This document shows, in pieces, positions 39,090-49,011 of a stretch of 50,570 nt of DNA. Position numbers and translations under genes: made by a program. The notes under the pieces were generated by a model. It was not told the DNA's origin. It did no database searches and saw nothing but the letters and a program-made list of their open reading frames with translations. The DNA comes from an uncultured Glaciecola sp. (GTDB taxonomy: Bacteria; Pseudomonadota; Gammaproteobacteria; Enterobacterales; Alteromonadaceae): assembly GCA_964559075.1 (NCBI GenBank), contig CAZLGJ010000002.1, forward strand, positions 1 through 50,570, read 5' to 3'. The stretch's first letter is position 1. Every line of letters begins with the position of its first letter.

Positions 39090-39971
39090 CTACCTAAGCC
39101 GAGAGTTAAGCTCGGCGATATGTGCTGGCGTGACTTCACAACATCCGCCGATAATTGACGCCCCAAGCGAGTGCCACGCTTGTGCAAAATCCGCATACTG
39201 TGCGGGTAAAAAATCTGTGCGGGCAGTGAGTGTTTTGACCGTCTCACCTGGGTAAAGGGAGGTGACCGATTCAAAGCCATTGGCGTATGCGCCAAAAGGA
39301 AGACCGTATCCTTTTATAATCGGTAGCGCTTTAGAAATCACTTCGGGTCGCGAGCAGTTGAGCAAGATCGCATCTGGCGCCAACGGCAGCAGGGCTTGCA
39401 CAGCCTCATGCAGGGATTCTCCTCCTCTAAGTTGCTCAGGGTGGCTATCCGACACTGAAAACGCAACCCACACTGGCTTACCTGATGTTTTAGCGGCAGC
39501 ACATGCAGTGGTTGCTTCAAGAATTGATGACATAGTTTCACAGATAAATACATCCACCCCATCATTTTGCAGGGCCACGAGCTGTGTGTAGCTTTGTTGA
39601 GAGGCAAATCTGTCTGGTGCGACATCTGGGCGATAACTGGCCAGTAATGGCGGTAAACACCCCGCGATTTGCACCGCTTTGCCGCTCTTGGCAATTGCCG
39701 TACGCGCAGCATGTATGGCATTGCTATGTAGAGTAGCTAACCAATCCAAAGCACCATTTGCCGCTAAACGATCAGGGGTGGCTGTATACGTATTGAGCGT
39801 AATAACCTCGGCACCGGCTTGAATAAATTCAGCATGCAACTCACTCACCAACTGCGGTTCGTGATACATGATCTCTGCTGACCATAAATTGCTTAAAGGT
39901 CGCAAAGAGCGCTGGGTTAATAATTGGCCCATACCGCCGTCTAAACAAGTAAAACTAGGGGATGCTGTCAT
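39090..39971 (-). CDS. Homocysteine S-methyltransferase family protein
   Basis: LDGGMG, ETMSS, LLNC, YANGF and GGCC (Zn ligands). Confidence 0.9.
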   Translation of the reverse strand: MTASPSFTCLDGGMGQLLTQRSLRPLSNLWSAEIMYHEPQLVSELHAEFIQAGAEVITLNTYTATPDRLAANGALDWLATLHSNAIHAARTAIAKSGKAVQIAGCLPPLLASYRPDVAPDRFASQQSYTQLVALQNDGVDVFICETMSSILEATTACAAAKTSGKPVWVAFSVSDSHPEQLRGGESLHEAVQALLPLAPDAILLNCSRPEVISKALPIIKGYGLPFGAYANGFESVTSLYPGETVKTLTARTDFLPAQYADFAQAWHSLGASIIGGCCEVTPAHIAELNSRLR

Positions 39972-40051
39972 AAAAGAAAAATAGTTGCCGGTTGGACTGT
40001 TCTGATGCTGGCAATTGTACTATACAAAAGATGTGTAGGGGAGTACCTGAA

Positions 40052-40065
40052 TGAAATCGTATGCA
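40052..40065. promoter_or_regulatory. Candidate LacI-family operator upstream of the alpha-glucan genes
   Basis: TGAAATCGTATGCA matches TGNAANCGNTTNCA with one mismatch, 65 bp upstream of the GH13 start. Confidence 0.5.
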
Positions 40066-40129
40066 GGACACTTTTGACGTTGAATTCAGGTAAGCTAGCT
40101 AAAAATTTCATAGGTATGTGAGGATAAGA

Positions 40130-42037
40130 ATGCATTTTAAATCATCAAAACTTGCGCTAGCTGGTGCGATCGTCGCCGCGTTAAGCGTGACTATTTTAGG
40201 CTGTTCTAAAGCGCCAGAGACTGCCACAACGCCAACCTCTGACAAGGAGAGCGCCATGAGCCAGCCTGCGCATGTTAAACCCGTGGTATACCAAGTGTTT
40301 ACCCGTTTATTTGGTAATACCCAAACGGCCAATGTTCCATGGGGCACAGTTGAGCAAAACGGCGTCGGCAAAATGTCTGATTTTACCGATGAAGCGCTAG
40401 CGGGTATTAAAGAGCTAGGCGTATCACATATTTGGTATACCGGCATTCCTCATCATGCGCTAGTGGCTGACTACACGCAGTACGGTATTTCACTTGACGA
40501 TCCCGACGTCATCAAAGGTCGCGCTGGCTCACCCTATGCGGTGAAAGACTATTACTCGGTGAACCCCGATTTGGCCGATGATCCGGCTCAGCGCATGGCT
40601 GAGTTTGAAGCATTGGTGGCACGGACGCATGCGCATGGTATGCAGGTGATCATTGATATCGTGCCCAATCACGTAGCGCGTCAATACGAGTCATTGGGTA
40701 AACCTGACGGAGTAGAGGACTTTGGTGCAAATGACGATACCACTGTGGAGTATGCACGTGACAACAACTTTTACTACATCGTGGGCGAGGATTTTGTCGT
40801 GCCTGAAGCCAAAGACGGCTATCAACCGCTCGGTGGCGATACTGCGCCACGGCTCGATAACCAATTTACCGAATCGCCAGCCAAGTGGACCGGCAACGGC
40901 TCACGCTTAGCCCAGCCTGATATCAATGACTGGTATGAAACCGTTAAGGTCAACTATGGTGTACGTCCAGACGGCACTTATGACTTTCCTACTTTACCGT
41001 CTGCATACCGCAAAAAAGACTTAGCAGCACACCATGCTTTTTGGCAGGACAAAGATTTACCGGATTCTTGGTATAAGTTTGAGGACATTGTGCATTTTTG
41101 GTTAGACAAGGGCGTGGATGGTTTTCGCTTTGATATGGCAGAAATGGTGCCAGTTGAATTTTGGTCATTTTTGAACTCGTCAATCAAGCAGAAAAACCCC
41201 GATGCCTTCCTTTTGGCAGAAGTCTATAATCCGAGCCTGTTTCGCGACTATTTGCACTTGGGGAAAATGGATTATTTGTACGATAAGGTCGATTTTTATG
41301 ACGCATTAAAATGGGTTATTCAGGGACATGGCAGTACCGATGCGCTTGAACGTATCCAAGCTGAAGTCCGTGATATCGAACAGCACATGCTGCACTTTTT
41401 GGAAAATCATGATGAGCAGCGCATTGCCAGCCCTGAGTTTGCCGGTGACATGCACAAGGGCAAGCCTATGCTAGTCGTCTCTGCTTTGATTAGCCGCTCC
41501 CCAACGATGCTCTATTTTGGTCAGGATGTGGGTGAAGATGGCTCGGAAGAACCGGGTTTTGGTGGTCCATCGCGTACCAGTATCTTTGATTATATGGGGG
41601 TGCCTGCACACCAGCGCTGGATGAATAATGGCGCGTTTGATGGTAGACAACTCACCAAAGAAGAAGCTGCGTTGCGCGAATTTTACATCAAAGTGATGCA
41701 GATAGCTGCGTTTCATCCTGCCATGGCCGGTGAGTATTTATCACTTCACAGTGCCAATAAAGCCACTCCAGGCTACACCGATAAACACTTTGCGTTTACC
41801 CGCTTTACCCTCGATGAACAGCTTATTGTGGTCAATAACTTTACTACGGAGGCGATGCGCACTGATTTGCACCTGCCTGCAGCTGTTGTGACCCAGCTCC
41901 AGTTAAAAAATGGCAGTAATCGCGTTGTCGATTTGCTAACTGGTCGTGATTTTGAGTTACGCGTCACCGACGGTGTTGGCGCTTTGCCCCTTGAAATACA
42001 AGGGCTGGCGTCCGTTGTGCTTGAACTGCAACCATAA
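40130..42037 (+). CDS. GH13 alpha-amylase-family lipoprotein
   Basis: Lipobox ILGC; DIVPNH, GFRFDMA, LAEVY and FLENHDE conserved regions; GAGG RBS before ATG 40130. Confidence 0.9.
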   Translation: MHFKSSKLALAGAIVAALSVTILGCSKAPETATTPTSDKESAMSQPAHVKPVVYQVFTRLFGNTQTANVPWGTVEQNGVGKMSDFTDEALAGIKELGVSHIWYTGIPHHALVADYTQYGISLDDPDVIKGRAGSPYAVKDYYSVNPDLADDPAQRMAEFEALVARTHAHGMQVIIDIVPNHVARQYESLGKPDGVEDFGANDDTTVEYARDNNFYYIVGEDFVVPEAKDGYQPLGGDTAPRLDNQFTESPAKWTGNGSRLAQPDINDWYETVKVNYGVRPDGTYDFPTLPSAYRKKDLAAHHAFWQDKDLPDSWYKFEDIVHFWLDKGVDGFRFDMAEMVPVEFWSFLNSSIKQKNPDAFLLAEVYNPSLFRDYLHLGKMDYLYDKVDFYDALKWVIQGHGSTDALERIQAEVRDIEQHMLHFLENHDEQRIASPEFAGDMHKGKPMLVVSALISRSPTMLYFGQDVGEDGSEEPGFGGPSRTSIFDYMGVPAHQRWMNNGAFDGRQLTKEEAALREFYIKVMQIAAFHPAMAGEYLSLHSANKATPGYTDKHFAFTRFTLDEQLIVVNNFTTEAMRTDLHLPAAVVTQLQLKNGSNRVVDLLTGRDFELRVTDGVGALPLEIQGLASVVLELQP

Positions 42038-42046
42038 GGTCAGCAC

Positions 42047-44452
42047 ATGACGTTTTCGCACTTAAAAACAGCCGTATGGGCGTTGGTTTGGCTAGTGAGC
42101 GCCGTGCCAGCACTGGCGCTTGAGCAGTCTTCAGTCCCGTTTACCTATGAACGCGATGGTGCACGGCTGCATCTTAGTAATGCTAGTCACTCGGTCACGG
42201 TAACCGCCCAGCACGATGGGGTGTTTGTCATCACCCATCATGTTGATGCACAGATGTTACCGTCGTTTGCCTTACCAGAGTCCGCTTTAGCTGCGGTCAA
42301 GGAAAGTGAACTGCGGCTCACTGAAACCGATAGCTATGTGCGTTTTGGCACAGCCCAATATGCCGTAAAAATCGATAAAGCGACACAGCGCATGGCGTTC
42401 TATCGCAACAATGAGCGCTTAGTCGAGGAAGAGACGGGGGCGTTTGTCTATCCCAACATGCGTGGCGTGCGCTTTAAGATCGCACCAGGTGAGCAGTTTT
42501 ATGGCGGTGGTCAGCGCGTGCTGGGGATGGATCGTCGCGGCCACAAAATGCCGCTATACAACCGTGCTCATTATGGCTATACCACTGAATCCAAGCAGAT
42601 GTATTATTCGCTGCCGGCGGTTATGTCGGATCAGTCCTACGCAATTTTGTTTGATAACAGTGCCACTGGCGAGCTTGATATTGGCGCGGATGAAGCTGAT
42701 GTGCTTGAGTTTAATGCGCAAGCAGGGCGCTTAAGCTACATAGTGGTGATGGCAGATACTTTGCCTGAGGTGGTCAAACGCACCGTGCAGACGACAGGCA
42801 CCCAGCCATTGCCACCGCGTTGGGCATTGGGCAATTTTGCATCGCGTTTTGGCTACCGCACGCAACAAGAAACCCTCGATACTGCTGCGTTATTTCGCCA
42901 AAAAGACGTGCCGTTAGATGCGATTGTGCTGGACTTATATTGGTTTGGTAAAGACGTCAAAGGGCATATGGGTAACCTTGAATGGGATCTAGCGGCTTGG
43001 CCTGAGCCTGAGCAAATGATCGCTCAGCTCTTGGCGGATAATGTCAAAACCATTGTGATCACCGAGCCTTTTATTTTAACCACTTCAACAAAGTGGGAGG
43101 ATGCGGTAAGCAATAATGCATTGGCCACTGGCTTAAACCAAACGCCTAAAACTTTTGATTTTTTCTTTGGTAACACGGGTTTGGTCGATGTGTTTTCGCC
43201 AGATGGACAAGATTGGTTTGGGCAGTTTTACGCCTCGCTTGCCAAGCAAGGTGTTGCAGGTTGGTGGGGCGATTTGGGGGAGCCCGAAGTTCATCCTGCC
43301 GATACACTGCATCAAGTGGCAGGCATTACGCGCACCGCAGATGAAATTCACAATGTCTATGGTCATCAGTGGGCGGCGAATGTCTATCAACAAATGCGTC
43401 GCTTGCAGCCAGAGCAACGGCCTTTTATCTTGATGCGTTCGGGGTTTTTGGGCTCACAGCGCTATGGGTTAACGCCATGGACCGGGGATGTATCGCGCAG
43501 TTGGGGCGGATTACAGTCGCAGGTTGAGTTGGCATTACAAATGTCGGTGTTTGGTTTGGCCTATATTCACTCTGACATAGGTGGCTTTGCTGGAGGCGAT
43601 ACCTTTGATCCAGAGCTCTACGTGCGCTGGACCCAACACGGCGTGTTTAGCCCGGTTTTTCGTCCGCATGCACAAGAAAACATTGCCCCTGAGCCAGTGT
43701 TTCACGACGGCATTGCACTAGACCTTGCGCGAAAATACATCAAGCTGCGCTATCGTTTGATGCCATATATTTATTCACAGGCGATGTATAATAGTATGAC
43801 CGGCATGCCATTGATGCGCCCGACCAGTTTTGTCGGTGCTGAATTTGACCATGCTACTAGCTATATGTTTGGTGATGCGATGCTGGTAACACCGGTGACC
43901 GAGGTTGGGCTGCGTGCACAAAGCGTATCGTTACCACAAGGCGTATGGTTTGATTATTGGCAAAAAACCAAGTTACCTGGTGGACAAAAGGTGCAAGCTG
44001 CTGCGCCGCTTGAGCAGATCCCAGTGCACATTAAAGCGGGGAGCTTTATTCCTCAGCTAGCAGTTGCTCCATCGCACCTTGATGACTACCACACCGATGA
44101 ATTAGTGATTGAGTATTACGCTGATACTAGTGTTCCGCTGGCACAAAACACTTGGTATGAAGATGATGGTCGCGATCCACACAGCATCAAGACCAATGCT
44201 TACCAAAGCATACACTTAAGTGCCGCCCAGCGGCCAAGCGCGCTGAGTTTGCATTATACGGTACAGGGCAGTTATGCCGGTGCGCCGGCACAGCGCCAAG
44301 TGACGAGCAAAATTTGGGGGATAGAGCGCCCTAATTCGGTAAGCCTTAATAGCGCCGCCGTTGCCTGGCAGTGGCAAGACGGTGCGCTATTGGTTACGCA
44401 CACACTATTGTCAGACCCACAAGCGCCAACCCAGTTAGATATCACGTGGTAA
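42047..44452 (+). CDS. Secreted GH31 alpha-glucosidase / transglucosylase
   Basis: Signal peptide ending ALA|L; PLPPRWALG, LDLYW, WWGDLGEP, WTGDV, SDIGGF and YEDDG. Confidence 0.92.
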   Translation: MTFSHLKTAVWALVWLVSAVPALALEQSSVPFTYERDGARLHLSNASHSVTVTAQHDGVFVITHHVDAQMLPSFALPESALAAVKESELRLTETDSYVRFGTAQYAVKIDKATQRMAFYRNNERLVEEETGAFVYPNMRGVRFKIAPGEQFYGGGQRVLGMDRRGHKMPLYNRAHYGYTTESKQMYYSLPAVMSDQSYAILFDNSATGELDIGADEADVLEFNAQAGRLSYIVVMADTLPEVVKRTVQTTGTQPLPPRWALGNFASRFGYRTQQETLDTAALFRQKDVPLDAIVLDLYWFGKDVKGHMGNLEWDLAAWPEPEQMIAQLLADNVKTIVITEPFILTTSTKWEDAVSNNALATGLNQTPKTFDFFFGNTGLVDVFSPDGQDWFGQFYASLAKQGVAGWWGDLGEPEVHPADTLHQVAGITRTADEIHNVYGHQWAANVYQQMRRLQPEQRPFILMRSGFLGSQRYGLTPWTGDVSRSWGGLQSQVELALQMSVFGLAYIHSDIGGFAGGDTFDPELYVRWTQHGVFSPVFRPHAQENIAPEPVFHDGIALDLARKYIKLRYRLMPYIYSQAMYNSMTGMPLMRPTSFVGAEFDHATSYMFGDAMLVTPVTEVGLRAQSVSLPQGVWFDYWQKTKLPGGQKVQAAAPLEQIPVHIKAGSFIPQLAVAPSHLDDYHTDELVIEYYADTSVPLAQNTWYEDDGRDPHSIKTNAYQSIHLSAAQRPSALSLHYTVQGSYAGAPAQRQVTSKIWGIERPNSVSLNSAAVAWQWQDGALLVTHTLLSDPQAPTQLDITW

Positions 44453-44477
44453 CATCTTATATCACTGTGTTTATTCG

Positions 44478-45815
44478 TTAAGCAGGCGATGCTTCAACTG
44501 GTTCTTCATCCATCACAAAGACGCGTAAGCGTTCTTTGTGATTGTTTTCGTATTGTTTGAGCTTGTTGATCGTCGCCTCGGTAAAGGTATGGCCTTGGGG
44601 CAACATCAACACGTATTTTTGGTTGTAAATGTCGGCTTCTAAGATCATGCCGGGCTTAAGCTCGCCAACACTGATTGAGCCATCATCAGGCACTTCTTCA
44701 TAATCGAGACTGAGCTCATTAAAATGATCTAAGATAGCAGGATCGTATTTGGTGCCGCGATGCATATTCATTTCTTGTCTAGCCTCATAGGCCTCATAGT
44801 GCTTAATACTTACTTTGCCCACGCGGTAACGCCAAAAATCACGCGCGATAAATAAGATCCGCGCACCGACAGGGATAGTCTCGCCAACCAGCATTTCCGG
44901 GTAGCCTTGGCCGTTATAATATTCAAACTGATGCTCGATAATATCTATCACGCTTTGCATATGGGTGAGTGGTGAGAGCATCATGGTTGCAATATCCACC
45001 TGACGCACGTAGGCTTTTTGTTGTTCGTAGTTGAGATCGTTAAAAGCGGTGTTAAACAAATGCACTTCTTTGCCAATCAACCCAATCTGACATAACAGTG
45101 CAGCTTGCTGGATGTCGCGAATTTGGTCTTTGGACAGCGCCATTTTTTCAGCCAGCTCTACCGCGAGTTTGCCGACGAGTTGCGCAAACTCGCCATCGAG
45201 CTCTGGATGCACACTGATGCAGTTAAACAGCACCTTTTCAGCAGCCGCATATTCGCGCTTGAGCTTGTGCATCGCAGCTTGAATTTGCTTGGTGCGCACG
45301 TTGACTTTTTTATCTAAAGAGTGAGTCAGTTCTTTGAGCGCGCGGTTTTGTTTAACCAGCGTTTGCTGCAGGCGAATATTTTCTTGCTTGAGTTTGGTGT
45401 ACTTGAGGCCATCTTTGACGGCTAACACTAACTCTTGATTATCCCAAGGTTTTTGTAAGTAGCGATGGATCCCGCCTTGGTTAACCGCGGTCATGATCGA
45501 ATCTAAATCCGCAAAACCAGTCAATACCACGCGATATACATCCGGATACAAGTCCGCTACTTGTGCTAATAACTCAGCCCCGGTCATATGAGGCATTTTC
45601 ATATCCGACACAATCATCGCGATATCGTGGTTGGCAAACATTTCTAGTGCTTCTTTGCCACTTTGCGCCAACAAAATATTGATGTTGGACTTGTGAAACA
45701 GGCGTTTGATCGAGCGCAAAATACTGGTTTCATCATCCACAAACAACACGGTAAATACGTGCGGTGTCGATGTTGCTGCTGCTTTATTATTAGCTACCGT
45801 AGGTTCCATATTCAT
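44478..45815 (-). CDS. Response regulator with a degenerate HD-GYP domain (HnoD-like)
   Basis: REC (VDDE, SDMKMP, KPW), coiled coil, then LLCQIG in place of LLHDIG, HQFEYYNGQGYP and GTKYDP. Confidence 0.82.
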   Translation of the reverse strand: MNMEPTVANNKAAATSTPHVFTVLFVDDETSILRSIKRLFHKSNINILLAQSGKEALEMFANHDIAMIVSDMKMPHMTGAELLAQVADLYPDVYRVVLTGFADLDSIMTAVNQGGIHRYLQKPWDNQELVLAVKDGLKYTKLKQENIRLQQTLVKQNRALKELTHSLDKKVNVRTKQIQAAMHKLKREYAAAEKVLFNCISVHPELDGEFAQLVGKLAVELAEKMALSKDQIRDIQQAALLCQIGLIGKEVHLFNTAFNDLNYEQQKAYVRQVDIATMMLSPLTHMQSVIDIIEHQFEYYNGQGYPEMLVGETIPVGARILFIARDFWRYRVGKVSIKHYEAYEARQEMNMHRGTKYDPAILDHFNELSLDYEEVPDDGSISVGELKPGMILEADIYNQKYVLMLPQGHTFTEATINKLKQYENNHKERLRVFVMDEEPVEASPA

Positions 45816-45824
45816 TTCCGTTAG

Positions 45825-47516
45825 TTAGGATACTAGCACATCACTGTGCTGATTATTGGCCATGGCATTGGCAATGGTATTTTCATCGGCATGAATGGGC
45901 AGGGTAATCATAAATTTGGTGCCCACATTGATTTCACTTTCAACATCAATACGTCCCTGGTGTTCTTTAATGATGTTGAAGGATATCGACAGCCCCAAGC
46001 CCGTTCCTTCTCCTTCCGGTTTGGTGGTGAAGAAAGGGTCAAATAGCTGTTTTAAGTGTTCAGGCGCAATACCGTGACCATTATCTGCGACAGTCACCTT
46101 TATATTGCCATCGACCATTTCGCTGATCACTTGAATATTGCCGCGCTCTCCCACAGCATGGCCAGCGTTGACGAGCAAATTCGTCAATACCTGAATAATT
46201 TTACCAACATGCATATCGATATTCGGCAGGTCTGAGTCTAATTGAGTGTCGATGGTGCAGTGATACTTTAACTGGTTATGCACCATTTTGAGTGTGGTCT
46301 CAATACACTGATTGATGTTGAACGATTGCATGGAGTCTTCATCTGCGCGTGAAAAGCTCTTCAGCCCACTGACAATGTCAGACACTCGGGCAAGGCCATC
46401 GTCCGACTCTTGAATGATATCCATCCCGTCAGCCAACAAAAACTGAATATCTTCTTCACTCATGATCGCCGCGATTTTTTGTTGCAAGACACGTCTCTCA
46501 AACACGTCTTTGGACGCCAAAAAAGCCAAAATCAATTCATTGAGCTGGGTAAATGTCACTAGGTACTCTCGCAAGGATGCCAGATTACTTTTGACAAAGC
46601 CGACGGGATTATTAATTTCGTGAGCAACCCCAGCGGCAAGTTGTCCCACCGATGCCATCTTTTCTGCTTGATTGAGCTGTGACTGTGCTTCTTTAAGGTC
46701 TTTGTTAATGTCTTTGAGTTTCTCATTACTGGTTCTGAGCATGGCGGTGCGGTTAATGATTTGCTCTTCGAGGTTGGCGTTGAGAGTAAACAATTCATTT
46801 TGAAACTTTTGTGAACGTTTAATTTGGCGGTTTAAGGCATCGACAAGCGCGTTAAACGATTCGGCCACGACCATGACTTCATGATCGGTATCGTACATAT
46901 CAATGCGTTCTCGAATAGGTTCGCCAGTGGTGATCTGTTGTGTCATATTTTCTGCGCTTTGCTTGAGGCGCGTGAGTTGCTTGACTAAGTAGCCACTAAA
47001 AAAATATGCGATGATTGAAATAAATAGAATCTCTACTGCCGCCACCCCAGCAATAACTAGCTGAGTTTCGTTGATGGCTTGAGCGATAAAATCAACTTTT
47101 AACCCAAGTTGCACATACCCAAATGCCTGTCCCTCAATCACAATAGCGGCTTCGACATCAAACACGCCATCGTTCACAGCTGCAACCGATTGTTCTGTTG
47201 CATATACTGTCATTGCTGGCGCATCACCCGATTGCGCTAGATTGTTATAGTTGCTGTCAAGAATGCGTGCATAAACAATATCCTGATGCGTCATCATTTC
47301 CTGCACAAAGACTTCTAATGAGGCAATGTCATAGGTCACAACGGCATCTTTGGTCATGCTGGCAAAGAGCTGTGCAGACATTTTGGCTTTTTTTTCTAAA
47401 TTATATGACAGTGACGCTTCAATGACGGCTGTCACCATCAAGGCAAGCATCAAAAAGAAGCATGCCTCAATCAGAGTGACGCCAAATGTCAATTTTTTGC
47501 GAAGCGAATAAGTCAT
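45825..47516 (-). CDS. Membrane sensor histidine kinase
   Basis: Two TMs around a small periplasmic domain, HAMP-like linker, GQLAAGVAHEINNP, NLLVNA, DNGHGI, PFFTTK and GTGLGL. Confidence 0.93.
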   Translation of the reverse strand: MTYSLRKKLTFGVTLIEACFFLMLALMVTAVIEASLSYNLEKKAKMSAQLFASMTKDAVVTYDIASLEVFVQEMMTHQDIVYARILDSNYNNLAQSGDAPAMTVYATEQSVAAVNDGVFDVEAAIVIEGQAFGYVQLGLKVDFIAQAINETQLVIAGVAAVEILFISIIAYFFSGYLVKQLTRLKQSAENMTQQITTGEPIRERIDMYDTDHEVMVVAESFNALVDALNRQIKRSQKFQNELFTLNANLEEQIINRTAMLRTSNEKLKDINKDLKEAQSQLNQAEKMASVGQLAAGVAHEINNPVGFVKSNLASLREYLVTFTQLNELILAFLASKDVFERRVLQQKIAAIMSEEDIQFLLADGMDIIQESDDGLARVSDIVSGLKSFSRADEDSMQSFNINQCIETTLKMVHNQLKYHCTIDTQLDSDLPNIDMHVGKIIQVLTNLLVNAGHAVGERGNIQVISEMVDGNIKVTVADNGHGIAPEHLKQLFDPFFTTKPEGEGTGLGLSISFNIIKEHQGRIDVESEINVGTKFMITLPIHADENTIANAMANNQHSDVLVS

Positions 47517-47519
47517 GAG

Positions 47520-48356
47520 TTATTTTGCAATCTCTGCCGTTGAAAGCTGTAAACCCCGAACATCGTCCCAGCTGTGATCTTGCGCTGTTGTCAGTTCAAA
47601 CATACCGAGCGTATCGAGGATCTCTTTTCCTGTATCGGATAAATGCATATTTACTAAAGCGTCTTGAATCACACGACGCACAGGTAGCGGTAACTCGGAA
47701 TTAACAGCAAAAGCATGGGGCGTATACGCTTTGGTCGTAAATAACACCTCTAAATCTTGTTTAACCGAGTCTGGCAAGTTATTAAAGGTGCGCATAATGC
47801 CGCCACCGGCGGCGGCGAATCCCCGCTGAACGTTTAGGTAAACCGAGTCATGTGACTTAACAAATCGCGGTGCAAAAGGGATACCCGCTTGCGTTAATTC
47901 GGCACTTGGTAGTAAGGTTGCTGCAAATGCCGCAGGTGCGGGAAACGCGATGGTTTGTTCGGTCAAATCCGCTATCGTGCTAATGGGACTTTGTTTGCGT
48001 TTGACGATAATACCCTTAATGGTTTTATTGGCCTGCATAGCAACAGCGTCATAGCCTGTAGGCGAGGCAAATACCGTATAGTGAAACGGATTCATATAAG
48101 CGATGTCATAGGTGTTTTTTGCCAGCTCTTTTTCAAACGCAGGAATCGATTTGGCGGTGGCAAAGCGAATGTCTAAGCCCGTTTGGTCTGATAGGTAGTT
48201 AGTCAGTGGCACCCAGCGGATCGCCAACACATTCGAGGCCTGTTGCGGTACCACGCCAAACGTATAGGTTTGCGCATGCAAAGCGTTGACAAAAAACAGA
48301 GCGCTTAGGATTGGCATGCAGGCAACCAAGCGCCAACGAATTGATTTACGCATCAT
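47520..48356 (-). CDS. Periplasmic phosphate/phosphite/phosphonate-type (PhnD-like) solute-binding protein
   Basis: Signal peptide ending LHA|Q; FGVVPQQ, DIAYMNP, AFPAPAAFAA and SHDSVY; no ABC permease or ATPase adjacent. Confidence 0.82.
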   Translation of the reverse strand: MMRKSIRWRLVACMPILSALFFVNALHAQTYTFGVVPQQASNVLAIRWVPLTNYLSDQTGLDIRFATAKSIPAFEKELAKNTYDIAYMNPFHYTVFASPTGYDAVAMQANKTIKGIIVKRKQSPISTIADLTEQTIAFPAPAAFAATLLPSAELTQAGIPFAPRFVKSHDSVYLNVQRGFAAAGGGIMRTFNNLPDSVKQDLEVLFTTKAYTPHAFAVNSELPLPVRRVIQDALVNMHLSDTGKEILDTLGMFELTTAQDHSWDDVRGLQLSTAEIAK

Positions 48357-48912
48357 TAATTAGCTCCGCAATGGTATTGAGTAAAGTTTCGTTCTTGAAC
48401 GGTTTTTGGATAACCGCATCTGCTCCAGCACTGATGGCGGTGTGCATCAGGTTGTTCGCATCCGCTGAGATTAAAATAATTTTGAGCGACGCATATTCAC
48501 CTTGTTCACGCGTAAAGCGCAAAATATCCAAACCGTTAATGCCCGGCATATTGACATCTAAAGTCATGACTTGGGGTTGATGTTGGTTTAACAAAGCACC
48601 AGCTTGAAATCCATCAGTCGCCATAATCGGCTCCCACTGCGCTTGTTTGATGACTCTGGCAATACTTTTGAGCATGGGGATGTCATCTTCGATGATCAAC
48701 ACTTTAGGCGCTTCTTCAATTGCCAATAACTGTCCGGGGACGGGTACTTCATGGGCTTCACAAAATGTGGTGAAATCCTGTAAGGCGATGCGGTTATTGC
48801 CCCTGCCGGGCAGTTTATGCGCCTTGATAATACCCTTGTTGATGTAGCGCTGGATGGTGCGAGTGGTGAGATTTAAAAGCTGTGCGGCTTCGCCTGTCGT
48901 TAAATAAACCAT
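48346..48912 (-). CDS. Response regulator with an N-terminal excisionase/MerR-like HTH and C-terminal REC (HnoC-like)
   Basis: YLTTGEAAQLL.LTTRTIQRYI..G.IKAHKLPGRGNNRI, then IEDD, LDVNMP and QKPF. Confidence 0.85.
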   Translation of the reverse strand: MVYLTTGEAAQLLNLTTRTIQRYINKGIIKAHKLPGRGNNRIALQDFTTFCEAHEVPVPGQLLAIEEAPKVLIIEDDIPMLKSIARVIKQAQWEPIMATDGFQAGALLNQHQPQVMTLDVNMPGINGLDILRFTREQGEYASLKIILISADANNLMHTAISAGADAVIQKPFKNETLLNTIAELINDA

Positions 48913-49011
48913 ATTTTATGTTCCCTTCAAAATATGCAGAATATGAATATGCGGTAAAGTTCCTTGTATCAGTGACGACAATTACTTAGACTGACAAAAA
49001 AGGAATTTTGT

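Noticed and set aside
47520-48356. Phosphonate uptake (phn) operon
   Set aside because: No phnC/phnE or C-P lyase genes nearby; the context is two-component signalling.
48346-48912. Excisionase-like HTH as evidence of a prophage or integrative element
   Set aside because: It is fused to a REC domain inside a signalling operon; no integrase, att site or phage gene is visible.
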